Below, in pieces: positions 37,101 to 45,688 of a DNA stretch of 64,000 nt. The notes beneath the pieces are model-generated. The model was not told where the DNA came from. It searched no databases and saw only the letters and a list, made by a program, of their open reading frames with translations. How positions within the stretch are numbered: position 1 is the stretch's first letter; each line of letters starts with the position of its first letter. The position numbers were made by a program, and so were the translations under genes. Source of the DNA: a virus (Duplodnaviria > Caudoviricetes); the IMG/VR virus record IMGVR_UViG_3300005512_000020, positions 5,287 through 69,286 of that record, one strand, 5' to 3'.

Positions 37101-39182
37101 GCAAACAATAAGCGACTTGCCAAAGCGTTCGCATCACTGGAGCGTGAGGTTAATGCCAAGACAGACATCCTGACGACACTTGAAACAGAAGCTAATGCAC
37201 TTGGATTGTTGTCGAAGGAGGACCGAGAGGCGTTCATGTCTGAGCGTGTTGGCGGGAAGAAGAAGCTGGAAGAACTTAGGGATCTGAAAGCCTTATCAGA
37301 CCGGCATCTTCGCGGAAATGACAGCATTGCGCTTGGGCTGTGGAAGTTCTTTCATGGCAAGGAATCACCAACGGAGGACTTGGTCCTGTATCGATCGCTT
37401 CTTAGCGGACTATTGGGTGCGATTATTAACCAGCCAGCATCAGCAATCTTACAGACATCCGAGTTGTTTGCGCTTGTTCTTAACTTCGGAGTGAGCCCAA
37501 CATCTGTCCGCGCTATCGGAAGGGCGTCAGCTCAGGCGTGGCGCAACATAGCTGGAGGGTTACTCAATGTGTTGGGTATCAACTGGCAGAGAAACGACGC
37601 AGAGATCAAGCGTTACTATGAACTTGGCCTGAATGATCCCGTCCTTCATGACAGACTCAAGGATGTGATACTGACCCCGAACAGGCAGATCCACACATTC
37701 TCAGACAGGGTTGCTCTTGTTACACAACGATTAACGCAACTAAGAGAATCATCCATCAAAACCAAAGGCTCATCCAGCACGCCATTCAGACCGTTGGCAC
37801 CGTTCTCATACTATGCCCAGGTCTTGAATGAAGCTCTGGTCGTGAATAACTGGAAGATCACCAAGGAATTTATTGGGTCAGGTTTAGATATCCTGCAAGA
37901 CGGCAATGCTCAAGCAGACTGGACTCTGAAGAAGTGGGCTTCTGAAATGAATCTGAATACCTTTGATGCGGATTCGTTCGTGAAGTTCATGCGTGTGCTT
38001 GAGGATGAGTATGGATTGTCGTTCTACCAATTGCTTCGTGAGGCTCAAGGCAGAGCTAAGAGCAACCAAGACATACTATCTGAGCGAACCTCATACCTTC
38101 TGGCTGGTATGGCATTAACCAATATCACCCAGGAAGGCAGCATTGCGAACATGCCTGTTGGAGCCTTCAACAATTCAGTGATGAAATTCATAACCCCCTT
38201 GCTTGGGTGGCCTTACAGACAGTCTCTCAAGGTAGCATCCAAGATCCTGAAGAACGATGGCGATAGGTTTACTATGCAGGGATTATCCCGCGCTCTCATG
38301 GCGCTGTCCGTAGTCGCTGGCGGTGGGCTCGCAATATCCATGGCGGTGGATGCCTATTCAGAAGAACTGCTTCGCAAGCGCAGGAACCTTGCCCCGCTCT
38401 CATCTGAAGGCGCACTCGCTAAAGCCCACGCTGTCATGGAGCATTTGACCAGGGTTGGGACATTTGGATTGGCTGGTGACTTTGCGCTTGAGTTCATCAA
38501 CATTGGCACAGGTGAAGGCGATCTTCGTGGCCTTTCACCAGAGCGCAGGGTTGTCGCCTTGAACTCCGCATTCGGAATGATCGGGGCAATGCAATCTTTC
38601 CTGAACCAGGATTTCACGGTGGATTATAGCGGCGTTGTTCGGCCAGCACTGTTCGCTATGGGTGGCAATGGTGCGCTTCAAGCGATCCAGATGATCAATA
38701 CTCTCGGAGGTTTTGATAACCAGGAATCCAGAGCGGTGCGAAGAACGAATGTCAATAACTGGCTCCGCGCCGCAGGTCGCATATCAGGAACAGAGCTACG
38801 GAAGTCTCAAGGAGGTTTCGGAACAAAGACCCCCGTAACGCCACACATATCCCGCATGTTTATGGCTGCGCTCTCTAATAACCCTTCCGATTTTAGGAGA
38901 GCATACCAGGATGCGGTTAAAGCTGCCCGTAAAGCTGGCAAGTCTGAGCCTGAGTCCTACGTGAAGCGCACGTTCGGAAGCAGGAATCCATTGCAGATAT
39001 TCAGAGCAACCCCTACAGACACGGAGCTTTCCCGCATCTTGTCAGTGCTGCCGAAGGAGGGTAAACGTGATGTTCTCGGTGCGATAAGGATGTTTGAGCA
39101 TTACAAGAATCAGATATCAAGCGGCACCTCTAAACCGTCCAGCAAGAAGCCGGTAGATATTTTCAGTGGAACCTTGTTCTAG
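31158..39182 (+). CDS. Large ejection/polyvalent protein with zincin-like motif
   Basis: 2674 aa. Gly/Ala hydrophobic N-terminal region. LLHEAAH...EEIFAE. Hydrophobic C-terminal region. Confidence 0.72.
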   Translation: MSNTAVKWFRQVSPNATLTDEQITLKVYDLARSGDQRFQIFDQDPVFTGLAQSLDKERRLASAPGILGEATQTLKSGIDSTQARFFDTIGMLGAATGLDSVKDFGLRKAEENLQEAAQNAPTLPDFSEVENIGEGIRFLVGLAGSQAPQLAAVLGGAAAGLATLPAAGLSLGASAAIGGGATAFTQTQNFGDLVRQGVPEEEAVSIGFGTGVVSAALESLVPAVAITPLFKAAGQQAGKTLTKSILDRLPESRKVAVLRNAAKNAGVDGVAESATEMAQEAVTIASEIYAQRNNPDFEISDDDIQRRILNAGVAGGILGTGLGGVTGAVTAPASRGSDVDADTQPDTPEANDIPEATEPQDVVFGQAEVAAQRPIESLPEDPVADPSFPPAVTPEQQQNQSIIEAIQVRQSQEPQTQAGPLATQADVAPLERQIEESISELEQALQSQDADAFTAAEPKFRQVYRLAEQSGIAGQLQQQLTAVLLRNRQNLDIITAALRDRSETQPQTSDETTPQVLAAPEDVIEPEIVEGELATVTQDTQDNQIATRPQEPEVSEVLNWLDDESSPVVEDTQETDKIIARQPFVLEIDETTSEEVVGDGARKGKGTNNITRKYVFFEDAVDPDARVVGLPVYKLNGQLVVARPDFMPDLKVDGTPRAKPRPVPYSQLIEDGRLAPIYAVRLKPENAVKGNDPNAAIYFADTTDLENRLINPAQEILARVRESAGTTQSSSMDLDEGTGNSAGGNQVGLDAIGDTVAGDSFDFESAEGGDLNLFANTLLEIAGTSLPTEQQLIDAFRSAVQDARNHPVVERFLVGFLESTGLAKDKTFWQKTKYEQLDEITFKATPAVLAIRDRNAEQLAGPRQGSATQEGLPDTGGQQYFSIREGQGYIGNQPEALRGKFFSVLESLQGAGIAVSLDTAIEQEFGQTTPAKSSITLALNDSQHPTLDNFRLLLHEAAHIVAASLPKPVYDAVQRAVTRYAREKLNLLSDSADPRIREENPDNLDAQTLAEEIFAETLAQEFGDANISQTLASRVFRVLKDIYFRVAMVGQRLLGRQPNPELADAYARNRFEQLVGGDADSLISFLVPNFDPRQDIDYVDRFSVRAQQTSVTKAHMDIAGHNEEAKVQNLIATDLEKNPVVLEEAQRTGTTPKQAVLGMLGLRDSEEIAQTIASGIDPTTGQPLEADPSFTMNTFKGQDLRHRALRDYRVRLQKSVNKITNKLSSAIARKTEAQTKLEKISVELNDKHEAWLDRSQFSKFFAQTMRGMMKKTLEDVEGTSFQLGEVTQELRSIRRDLSKENLIKYYGTALRKLAQSKKLPGNFNILKFFETVITDPDVSLLDDIDTVKTNLKESNNPAYAALIGDTPESDALLASMIAYARKDDVVMLNLELAKMDSVADRHAIHKRLGELLKDAQGDFKESLLKLKENVRMEAAARIIYNRARKKRDQYRASINKANKTISVAEPAIKHYTAEENRLSGELGIHVQFVWHDGATYIVPPDASASSDDVRANRKSLTLSGDNNPTKPSELNDHLGLMVAWLENRKADSNFDQTYHDVAHQVQELMKGVIQRETDKPSALQWVWQTRWISIPDIVKRFGSNNANAIGQMIKGFVAEHGAIHKKTHKLQRDIDRQYADVIKLFKGSKIKVDLDAFTAQFYNPAVEFLSKQDDINDMDVSEDQAWSVAMGRLKDHMDQVVGLKLPSQRDNFYAAFSKLLRSMRDLNDLWVNEIDESGQGGVIDDEIQIMNASGMKVPAVRSRIRRGVMTVPRRISDDALSLFRIMSDGSTSIPWQTFSAKAAEAKNAYDEGGSEAAWEVIGGAFDNNVVQRMFVEPIFSSESEANILPSPGPGYTAPLIDVVQNAHTESGGNIIAALEKIAIEHEADPSVYIQESLTAMSKLYRQLRSALKESRPDDIKAYIKEGEVDEGSIQGGGYWSQLVPGIMLNARKIDHWPSSWFKNTYLDDHTIAGINARVAAQKTFGANNKRLAKAFASLEREVNAKTDILTTLETEANALGLLSKEDREAFMSERVGGKKKLEELRDLKALSDRHLRGNDSIALGLWKFFHGKESPTEDLVLYRSLLSGLLGAIINQPASAILQTSELFALVLNFGVSPTSVRAIGRASAQAWRNIAGGLLNVLGINWQRNDAEIKRYYELGLNDPVLHDRLKDVILTPNRQIHTFSDRVALVTQRLTQLRESSIKTKGSSSTPFRPLAPFSYYAQVLNEALVVNNWKITKEFIGSGLDILQDGNAQADWTLKKWASEMNLNTFDADSFVKFMRVLEDEYGLSFYQLLREAQGRAKSNQDILSERTSYLLAGMALTNITQEGSIANMPVGAFNNSVMKFITPLLGWPYRQSLKVASKILKNDGDRFTMQGLSRALMALSVVAGGGLAISMAVDAYSEELLRKRRNLAPLSSEGALAKAHAVMEHLTRVGTFGLAGDFALEFINIGTGEGDLRGLSPERRVVALNSAFGMIGAMQSFLNQDFTVDYSGVVRPALFAMGGNGALQAIQMINTLGGFDNQESRAVRRTNVNNWLRAAGRISGTELRKSQGGFGTKTPVTPHISRMFMAALSNNPSDFRRAYQDAVKAARKAGKSEPESYVKRTFGSRNPLQIFRATPTDTELSRILSVLPKEGKRDVLGAIRMFEHYKNQISSGTSKPSSKKPVDIFSGTLF

Positions 39183-39183
39183 C

Positions 39184-39214
39184 TTGACAAACGTAACCCA
39201 ATAAATAGTGTAAC
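39184..39214 (+). promoter_or_regulatory. Promoter with 22-bp operator before the fibre-like gene
   Basis: TTGACA-N16-TAGTGT. GTAAC CCAA TAAA TAGT GTAAC (39193-39214). Confidence 0.7.
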
Positions 39215-39218
39215 AAAC

Positions 39219-41552
39219 GTGATGAAGATTATGAGGTCTATCAAAGGTATTTCTGTTTTCTTGACGCTGGCAGTCTCTCTGCTTGCGTCAACCATCGGCG
39301 CTCAAGCGCAATTCAGTTCTGGAGCACCGACAAAACTGGTGCTGATCAATTCGTTTAACGACATTGCATCAGTTCAACCAGCGCAAAACCAGAATTCCGT
39401 AGTGGTTATCCGCTATGGCAACTCGGTTGGCGACCAGCTTGGAGGCATGTTCATGTATGACCCTGATTCCGTGGTTGCTGCGGATAGCAAGAACGTGTTT
39501 GTTCCCGCGTCTGGTTCCGGCAGGTGGGTGCGCTATGACTACGCTGCTTACCTGCCGAAAGTGCAGACAGCTAATCGAGTCATTGTTACTGATGGATCAG
39601 GCAATGTAGGCACTGACCCACAGCTTACGTTTGATGGCACAGATTTGACGGTTGGCGGTGATCTTACGGTAAGCACTCTCGCGGCTGGCGGGACAGATAC
39701 CGTTGTTACCCATAACTCCAACGTGCTTCAGACACGCACGATCAACTCTGATGTGTGGAACCTTGCGGCTGATCTCGCCGGGGATAGTGAGAATGTTGCT
39801 TCGGGAACCAAGTTAGTTGGGCCTGCTATTTATTTTGGCGGCGTCAATGATTATATCGAGGTCGCAGACAGTTCTAAGCTCAGCTTTCATACCGCTTCAG
39901 GATCATTGCAAGGCGCATGGTCGGCGGCAACTAACACTCCGTTTTTGACTGATGGCACTGGAACGACCGCTCATTACTACACAGTCTCGGCAGCCGGAAC
40001 TCAAAACCTGGGAAGCGGAGCAATCACTTATGCGATTGGAGATATCATCAAGTATGACGGCAGCATATGGTATCAGGAAGATAAGGATGATTTGGCTTTT
40101 AGCATTAGTGCTTGGGTGAAGCCAAGCGACATCACTTCTCTGAACCCGATTGTTAGTAAATACAGTTCGTCAGGTGAGTTTCTGTTCTATTTCACCGGCG
40201 GCAAGTTAGTGTTTCTGCTTCGGGACGCATCGGTGCAGCCGCTTTTATCAACAGCTGCCCTAACGGTGTCGGTGGATGAATGGTTTCATGTTTGCGTGAC
40301 GTATGCGGGAGCTGGTCCCAACAAGGCAAATGGTTTCGCATCGGCAGCTTCGGGGCTTAAGCTGTTTGTTAATGGCGAGGATCTCACATCGGCTGGCACC
40401 GTCTCAAACGAGGCTGCTTATTCAGGTATGCCAGACACGACTAATGCGCTACAGATTGGGAGAGCTGGATCGGATTATTACCAGGGCCACATCCGAGACG
40501 TCAAAATCTTCAACCGCGAACTCACGGCTTCCGAAGTGGCCGAGCTTGCTCGTGGAAATGATTTGGGATTTGCTGATGAGTGGGGTGGTGCAAATGGAGG
40601 AGTAGGCACTATTGACGAAACCGTCGGGCTCTCAAGCTGGAGCGGGTCAGGAAGTGCGACCCCTACAAATCTAACTGAGACTGCTAATACTACCGTTGGT
40701 GGGCGTCCAAATGTTCTACAGCAACAAGCCACCGCCACGATTGCCACAGCTACAAAAATAGCCATAACAAACGTGGCGAGCGTTGGTAAACGTGTCCGAA
40801 TTGAGTTTGATTATTACATCAACTCGGGAAATGCAACACTTGACACCATCATCGTAGCATCACCAACTGCGACCATCGCCACGCTCAACACCGCAGGTGC
40901 ATGGACGAGAGCGAGTGTTGAGACAGTTCTTACAAGCACCACGGTAGAGCTACAAATAACAGATGGCGCAACCTACAACGCTACTGCGTTGGATTTTGTT
41001 GGTTTTGATAATTTTAGTGTCACAGAAATCGGCACCCTAGCAGATTTTCGCGCCGAGAACTTTGATGCAGACACCGGAAAGCTATACGACTTATCCAGCA
41101 ATGCTTTCATTGGTGTGAACAGTGGCTCCACGCTCACAGGGCGAGCTTACGCCTTCTATGAAACTGGAACATGGACTCCTGCGATTACATTTGGAGGTGG
41201 AGCAACTGGCTTAACTTACGGAACTCAGGAAGGTTACTACACTAGGGAAGGAAACCAGGTGACAGTTCATGCCTACATCGTCTTGACAGCCAAGGGATCT
41301 TCCACAGGAACAGCATTAATGACCAGTTTGCCGTTCACGGCACGCAACACTGCTGGCAGCTCTCAGTCTTTGTCGGTGAGCGGCATGACCAACGCTGCAT
41401 CCCTTACGTCTCCAGTCACCGCCTATGTGACCGATAACGGAACCACAGTCAACCTTGTGGACTGGGGTGCGACGGGCGCTGTTGTTCTTGACGACACCAA
41501 CTTCACTGACACGTCCACAATCAAGGTCTCTGGCACCTACCAGATTCAGTGA
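39219..41552 (+). CDS. Tail-fibre-like protein with LamG domain and N-terminal signal peptide
   Basis: Signal ...LLASTIGAQA. LamG FSISAWVK...WFHVCVTY...GHIRDVKIFNRELTASEV. C-terminal YETGTWTP fibre domain. Confidence 0.78.
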   Translation: MMKIMRSIKGISVFLTLAVSLLASTIGAQAQFSSGAPTKLVLINSFNDIASVQPAQNQNSVVVIRYGNSVGDQLGGMFMYDPDSVVAADSKNVFVPASGSGRWVRYDYAAYLPKVQTANRVIVTDGSGNVGTDPQLTFDGTDLTVGGDLTVSTLAAGGTDTVVTHNSNVLQTRTINSDVWNLAADLAGDSENVASGTKLVGPAIYFGGVNDYIEVADSSKLSFHTASGSLQGAWSAATNTPFLTDGTGTTAHYYTVSAAGTQNLGSGAITYAIGDIIKYDGSIWYQEDKDDLAFSISAWVKPSDITSLNPIVSKYSSSGEFLFYFTGGKLVFLLRDASVQPLLSTAALTVSVDEWFHVCVTYAGAGPNKANGFASAASGLKLFVNGEDLTSAGTVSNEAAYSGMPDTTNALQIGRAGSDYYQGHIRDVKIFNRELTASEVAELARGNDLGFADEWGGANGGVGTIDETVGLSSWSGSGSATPTNLTETANTTVGGRPNVLQQQATATIATATKIAITNVASVGKRVRIEFDYYINSGNATLDTIIVASPTATIATLNTAGAWTRASVETVLTSTTVELQITDGATYNATALDFVGFDNFSVTEIGTLADFRAENFDADTGKLYDLSSNAFIGVNSGSTLTGRAYAFYETGTWTPAITFGGGATGLTYGTQEGYYTREGNQVTVHAYIVLTAKGSSTGTALMTSLPFTARNTAGSSQSLSVSGMTNAASLTSPVTAYVTDNGTTVNLVDWGATGAVVLDDTNFTDTSTIKVSGTYQIQ

Positions 41553-41579
41553 TCCGGATTCACTAAACAGGAACTAATT

Positions 41580-41864
41580 ATGGCAACTAAACGAGATATC
41601 ATTCAGGAACACATCACTAGCTACCGCGCTAAGCTTGCAGCTGATAACGGCAAGGCGGACTTGCTTGATGCATTAAGCAACGCTGAGAAGCGTCTGGAGG
41701 CTAAGTCTATCACGGGGCAGTCCATCGATGATGCAACCGCAGTCAGCATTGCGACTGACGCTATCGCCAAGATTAACGCTTACAACTCCCAGGTTCAGTT
41801 GGCGCAGATCGATGTTGCCGCCCTGTCTGCTCAGCTAGCTGAAGCCGATTCCGACCCTGAGTAA
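41580..41864 (+). CDS. Hypothetical helical protein
   Basis: 94 aa with AGGA RBS. Confidence 0.65.
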   Translation: MATKRDIIQEHITSYRAKLAADNGKADLLDALSNAEKRLEAKSITGQSIDDATAVSIATDAIAKINAYNSQVQLAQIDVAALSAQLAEADSDPE

Positions 41865-41884
41865 TTAACCATTGACACGACCGC

Positions 41885-42187
41885 ATGCCATTAAAGCTCA
41901 TCACGATACTTATCATGGCGACCGCGATGCTCTCTGGATGCCACATGACCAGGGAGCATCGTCGGCCTGTTGAGGTTGCTGGATCTGTTGCGTATGAGGA
42001 GTTCAAGGTTAAAGTTCCCATCTTCTTTGACTCAAAAGCAGCATCCGTTACAGGTGACCTAAAGGATGGGGACTACTCCTATTCCGTAGGAGCTAAAGAT
42101 CTATCCATACTATCTGATGAGCAGTTTGCCGCACAGTTAGCCAAGATTTTTACTGAAGCTGCCAAAGCAGTTTCACCCTTGCCATAA
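41885..42187 (+). CDS. Lipoprotein (possible spanin or surface protein)
   Basis: Lipobox MATAMLSG-C. Confidence 0.65.
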   Translation: MPLKLITILIMATAMLSGCHMTREHRRPVEVAGSVAYEEFKVKVPIFFDSKAASVTGDLKDGDYSYSVGAKDLSILSDEQFAAQLAKIFTEAAKAVSPLP

Positions 42188-42194
42188 TTTTACC

Positions 42195-42842
42195 ATGAAA
42201 AAATCTATCAAAGAACTTTTTTGTGTTGTAGCTGCCATTGCTGTAGCTGTGACCGCTCTTAACATTGTTGAATCAGCTACCACAGGCGCACCTCCAAGAG
42301 TGGTGAACGTGGAGAAGTTTAACGACCTGCCTGATGCGTTGGTTAAGGAAAACTCCAACTCAATCTTTGCTGTCAATTACGGAACAACTTCTGGCGACGG
42401 TCTTGGCGGGTTGTTTGTTTACTCCAGCACAGCCACTAACACAGTGGATGCACGTGACGTTCATCTGAGTTACTCAGGTGTTGGCAGGTTGCTCCGCATT
42501 GGCCAAGGTCATCCATTGCAGGTTGGTCCTGATGCCGCAAACCCTCGTGAATACACTATTGCAAGTGGCGCGATTACTCCAACCGGAACATTCTTCACCA
42601 TTGATACCCAGGGTGACGCGGGTTCTGACGACCTGAACACTATCACTGCCACCAACTACAAACCTGGCGACCTGTTGATTCTGCAAGCCAACAACACAGC
42701 GCGAACCGTTGTGTTGAAAGACGGGACAGGTAATCTCCGGCTGTCTGGTGATTTCAGCTTAGACAACACTGAAGATACTGCGACCGTGATGCTGATCGGA
42801 ACCAACTGGACACAGATTGCGACCGCTAACAACGGATCGTAG
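42195..42842 (+). CDS. Signal-peptide protein with tailspike N-terminal-type domain
   Basis: MKKSIKELFCVVAAIAVAVTAL... then YGTTSGDGLGGLFVY...GRLLR. Confidence 0.7.
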   Translation: MKKSIKELFCVVAAIAVAVTALNIVESATTGAPPRVVNVEKFNDLPDALVKENSNSIFAVNYGTTSGDGLGGLFVYSSTATNTVDARDVHLSYSGVGRLLRIGQGHPLQVGPDAANPREYTIASGAITPTGTFFTIDTQGDAGSDDLNTITATNYKPGDLLILQANNTARTVVLKDGTGNLRLSGDFSLDNTEDTATVMLIGTNWTQIATANNGS

Positions 42843-42863
42843 GCTTTGCTCGCAAATCTCAAC

Positions 42864-42904
42864 GCCAGCGGTCTGCTTCACGCAAGTTGATCGCTGGCTT
42901 TTTT
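42864..42904 (+). terminator. Intrinsic terminator
   Basis: GCCAGCG...CGCTGGC followed by a T-tract. Confidence 0.55.
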
Positions 42905-42917
42905 ACAGCCCGCACCC

Positions 42918-43283
42918 ATGTCTGACAATGTTCAGCACAACCAAACCGACAATGAAGGAGGATGCCAATGTGGGCGTTGCCGTCACTTGGCGGCGTCACT
43001 GAACATTCGCATTGATGCTATTGAGGTTCAGATTAAAGGGATGAGCACTGCGTTCGACAGCATGAGTAAGTCAGTTGATCGCTTTACAAATGCTGTTCTT
43101 GGCGACGAGCAGATGGGCGTTAAGGGTTACGGACGCAGGTTGGAGTATATTGAGCGTGACATGGGTAGCATGAAGGCGTTCAAGTCGAAAGTGATAGCTT
43201 GGGCTGGAGCCATAAGCGCAACAACATCTGCTGTGATTGCGTTCGCTATGAAGTTCTTTGGCTTCTTCTCATCGGGGAAATAG
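42918..43283 (+). CDS. Holin-like/coiled-coil membrane protein
   Basis: Coiled coil plus C-terminal TM VIAWAGAISATTSAVIAFAMKFF. Confidence 0.55.
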   Translation: MSDNVQHNQTDNEGGCQCGRCRHLAASLNIRIDAIEVQIKGMSTAFDSMSKSVDRFTNAVLGDEQMGVKGYGRRLEYIERDMGSMKAFKSKVIAWAGAISATTSAVIAFAMKFFGFFSSGK

Positions 43284-43299
43284 TTATTCACAAAAGCGT

Positions 43300-43872
43300 A
43301 TGAAGGAAACAACAAAGCTTCACCATTACAGAAAGATTAACGGTTACGCTGCTTTCATAAAAGGGGACGGGATTGATATCGGATGCGGAGATGATTGCCT
43401 GAGTCCATCAATGTTCCCAGGGATACTAAGCGTCCTCCCTTACGACCAACTGACAGGCGGCGATGCAAACACTTGCGCTGACATTGGGGGCAATCAATTT
43501 GACTTTGTTTATAGCTCCCATTGCTTGGAGCATATGCATGACCCTGGTGTAGCTATAAGGAACTGGATTAGGATATGCAAATCATCGGGCCATGTGGTAG
43601 TGTGCGTTCCTCATGAGTTGTTCTACGAGAAGTGTCGTTGGCCCTCTATGTTCAACGGAGATCATAAAACTTCATGGACTTTGGAGTGGAAGTCAGACTT
43701 ACCGAAAAGCATTCACACTCCAGACTTTCTAAGAAACCTTAAAGATGATGGGCTTTGCGAAGTTGTGAGATGTGAGACAATCCTTCAGGACTTCAGCTTC
43801 AGACACTTCAACGCAGACCAGACGCTCGGCCAGTCGATTTGCCAGATTGAGTTTGTCCTTAAAAAGAATTGA
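43300..43872 (+). CDS. Class I SAM-dependent methyltransferase
   Basis: GIDIGCGDD...FDFVYSSHCLEHMHDP...GHVVVCVP. Confidence 0.82.
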   Translation: MKETTKLHHYRKINGYAAFIKGDGIDIGCGDDCLSPSMFPGILSVLPYDQLTGGDANTCADIGGNQFDFVYSSHCLEHMHDPGVAIRNWIRICKSSGHVVVCVPHELFYEKCRWPSMFNGDHKTSWTLEWKSDLPKSIHTPDFLRNLKDDGLCEVVRCETILQDFSFRHFNADQTLGQSICQIEFVLKKN

Positions 43873-44380
43873 TTACCGTATTGTAACGCAACAGAATGCG
43901 TGACGGAACAGGTAAAAAAAGAGCGTCGTCAGCATTGATCACAACATACTGGCGACTGACTTTATACACGGAATCAAACTTCTCCTGCACCCTGGAAGGA
44001 TCGACGGCACCCACACCGAACTGGACATAGTGGCGAAGGTCACATGAGAACATCATCCATCTAACAGGCTTGCGAAGGGAGGACCATTGCTCGGCAGGGC
44101 ATACGAAGATCACTGGATAAGGCCATGACTTCCGGTTCGTGAACTGGGTTCGCTTACTCTTCCACCACTTTACTTCCACACACCCACCATCAATCTCAAT
44201 GTCACCGTTGTCGATGTATTGACCCCTGACCTTGTGGGTAGGTGCAGCACTGGTATGATTAACTCTTGGAGACAGTCCTTCATTCTCAAGTATCTGAGCG
44301 GCCAACCATACAGCTGCCTTGGATTCTTCAAGGCGATCCAGGAATGTTTGATGTGTTTTTGAGTTAATCCACTGGTTCAT
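43859..44380 (-). CDS. Hypothetical protein, possible PD-(D/E)xK nuclease
   Basis: DNGDIEI...VEVK motif. Confidence 0.55.
   Translation of the reverse strand: MNQWINSKTHQTFLDRLEESKAAVWLAAQILENEGLSPRVNHTSAAPTHKVRGQYIDNGDIEIDGGCVEVKWWKSKRTQFTNRKSWPYPVIFVCPAEQWSSLRKPVRWMMFSCDLRHYVQFGVGAVDPSRVQEKFDSVYKVSRQYVVINADDALFLPVPSRILLRYNTVINSF
43883..43904. promoter_or_regulatory. 22-bp operator at the convergence of the late and replication operons
   Basis: GTAAC GCAA CAGA ATGC GTGAC. Confidence 0.5.
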
Positions 44381-45687
44381 TGATTATCTTCAGGGCCGAT
44401 AGATGCGTTCTCAAATCTGGTATGCTCAGGGAACCACGCGATTGATATGTCTGCTTCCGCCCCTGCTCTGTTCTTGGCTACACCGAGGGTTCGTTGGCCT
44501 TCCTCCCTTTCGTAAATGAAAGTGACCGAGTCTGCGTCCTGCTCAATGCTCCCTGAATCCCGAAGGTCTGACATACGGGGTCTACGTTTAACTTCCTTGC
44601 CCTTGTGCATGCTTGGCTTGTCGAACTCACGATTCATCTGGCAAAGCGCGATAACCGGCACATCCAACTCTTTGGCCATAGCCTTCATGTTCATAGAGAT
44701 TTCACCTACCTGATCGTTACGTGTGGCTTTCGGGTTTGTTGCCTTGATCAATTGCAGGTAGTCAATAATCAACACCTTCGCTCCTTGCCGAACCATGCGT
44801 CTGGCGCGTGTCCTGATGTAGTTGATATTTACGCCAGCTGTATCGTCGATCTGTATCTTGGTTTTAGCAACATGTCTGAGCGCATTCATGAACCGTGCGA
44901 GATCCGACTCCGTCACGTTCTCTTTACGCAAGATAGCCTGAGTGTTCACCTTGCCATGGACTGCTGCGAGACGTGCGTTCAGCTGGTTGCGGCTCATCTC
45001 AAGAGAGAACACACCAACAGGTATGTCTTTATCGGATAGCCTTAGCGCAATGTTAAGTGCGAATGCTGTCTTACCCATACCTGGCCTTCCTGCCATAACA
45101 ACCAGATCAGTCTTTCGTAACCCCCCGAGAACCCGGTCGTAATCCACGTAGCCAGTTGCATAACCGAGGGCATCTTTCTTGCCGTCCCATACCGCTTGAT
45201 AGAGCTCGGCAATTTCAAGGACAGATTCTTTCTGCGTCTTGGTTTGAGTGATATCTTCCTCGCGCAACTCAGCCATAGCATTGTCCACGTTGGCTATCAC
45301 ATCAGCAATCTGACCGCCATCAGGATTCTCGGAAGCAGTCTTGAGTTGCATGGCAGCAAGGAAAGCTTTCCTTCGCAGCAACCCGAGCCTTAGATCCGAC
45401 ATCCACATGGGCCAATTATCCTTGGTCCCAGTCTTGCCTATGTAAGTCTCAATGTGGTTGTTCAGATGCTTCTTGCCGTCCTTGCAGACAGCGAACCGAA
45501 CAGTTGCCTCATCGACCTGACGGCCAGCAGCCTCCAGCTTCTCCATCAAGCTAAACAGGTATGAGCAGGTCTGGTCCCAAAACCAATCAACGGTCAACCC
45601 TGCGCTGATAACCTCCTCCCACGCACCCAGGATCAGAGACCCTATCATGCGCTCCTCTGCTTCTAATTCGTAGGGAACCTTAGCCAT
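44377..45687 (-). CDS. dnaB: Replicative DNA helicase
   Basis: GRPGMGKT, FSLEMS, IIDYLQL, DLRDSGSIEQDAD. Confidence 0.95.
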   Translation of the reverse strand: MAKVPYELEAEERMIGSLILGAWEEVISAGLTVDWFWDQTCSYLFSLMEKLEAAGRQVDEATVRFAVCKDGKKHLNNHIETYIGKTGTKDNWPMWMSDLRLGLLRRKAFLAAMQLKTASENPDGGQIADVIANVDNAMAELREEDITQTKTQKESVLEIAELYQAVWDGKKDALGYATGYVDYDRVLGGLRKTDLVVMAGRPGMGKTAFALNIALRLSDKDIPVGVFSLEMSRNQLNARLAAVHGKVNTQAILRKENVTESDLARFMNALRHVAKTKIQIDDTAGVNINYIRTRARRMVRQGAKVLIIDYLQLIKATNPKATRNDQVGEISMNMKAMAKELDVPVIALCQMNREFDKPSMHKGKEVKRRPRMSDLRDSGSIEQDADSVTFIYEREEGQRTLGVAKNRAGAEADISIAWFPEHTRFENASIGPEDNQ

Positions 45688-45688
45688 G

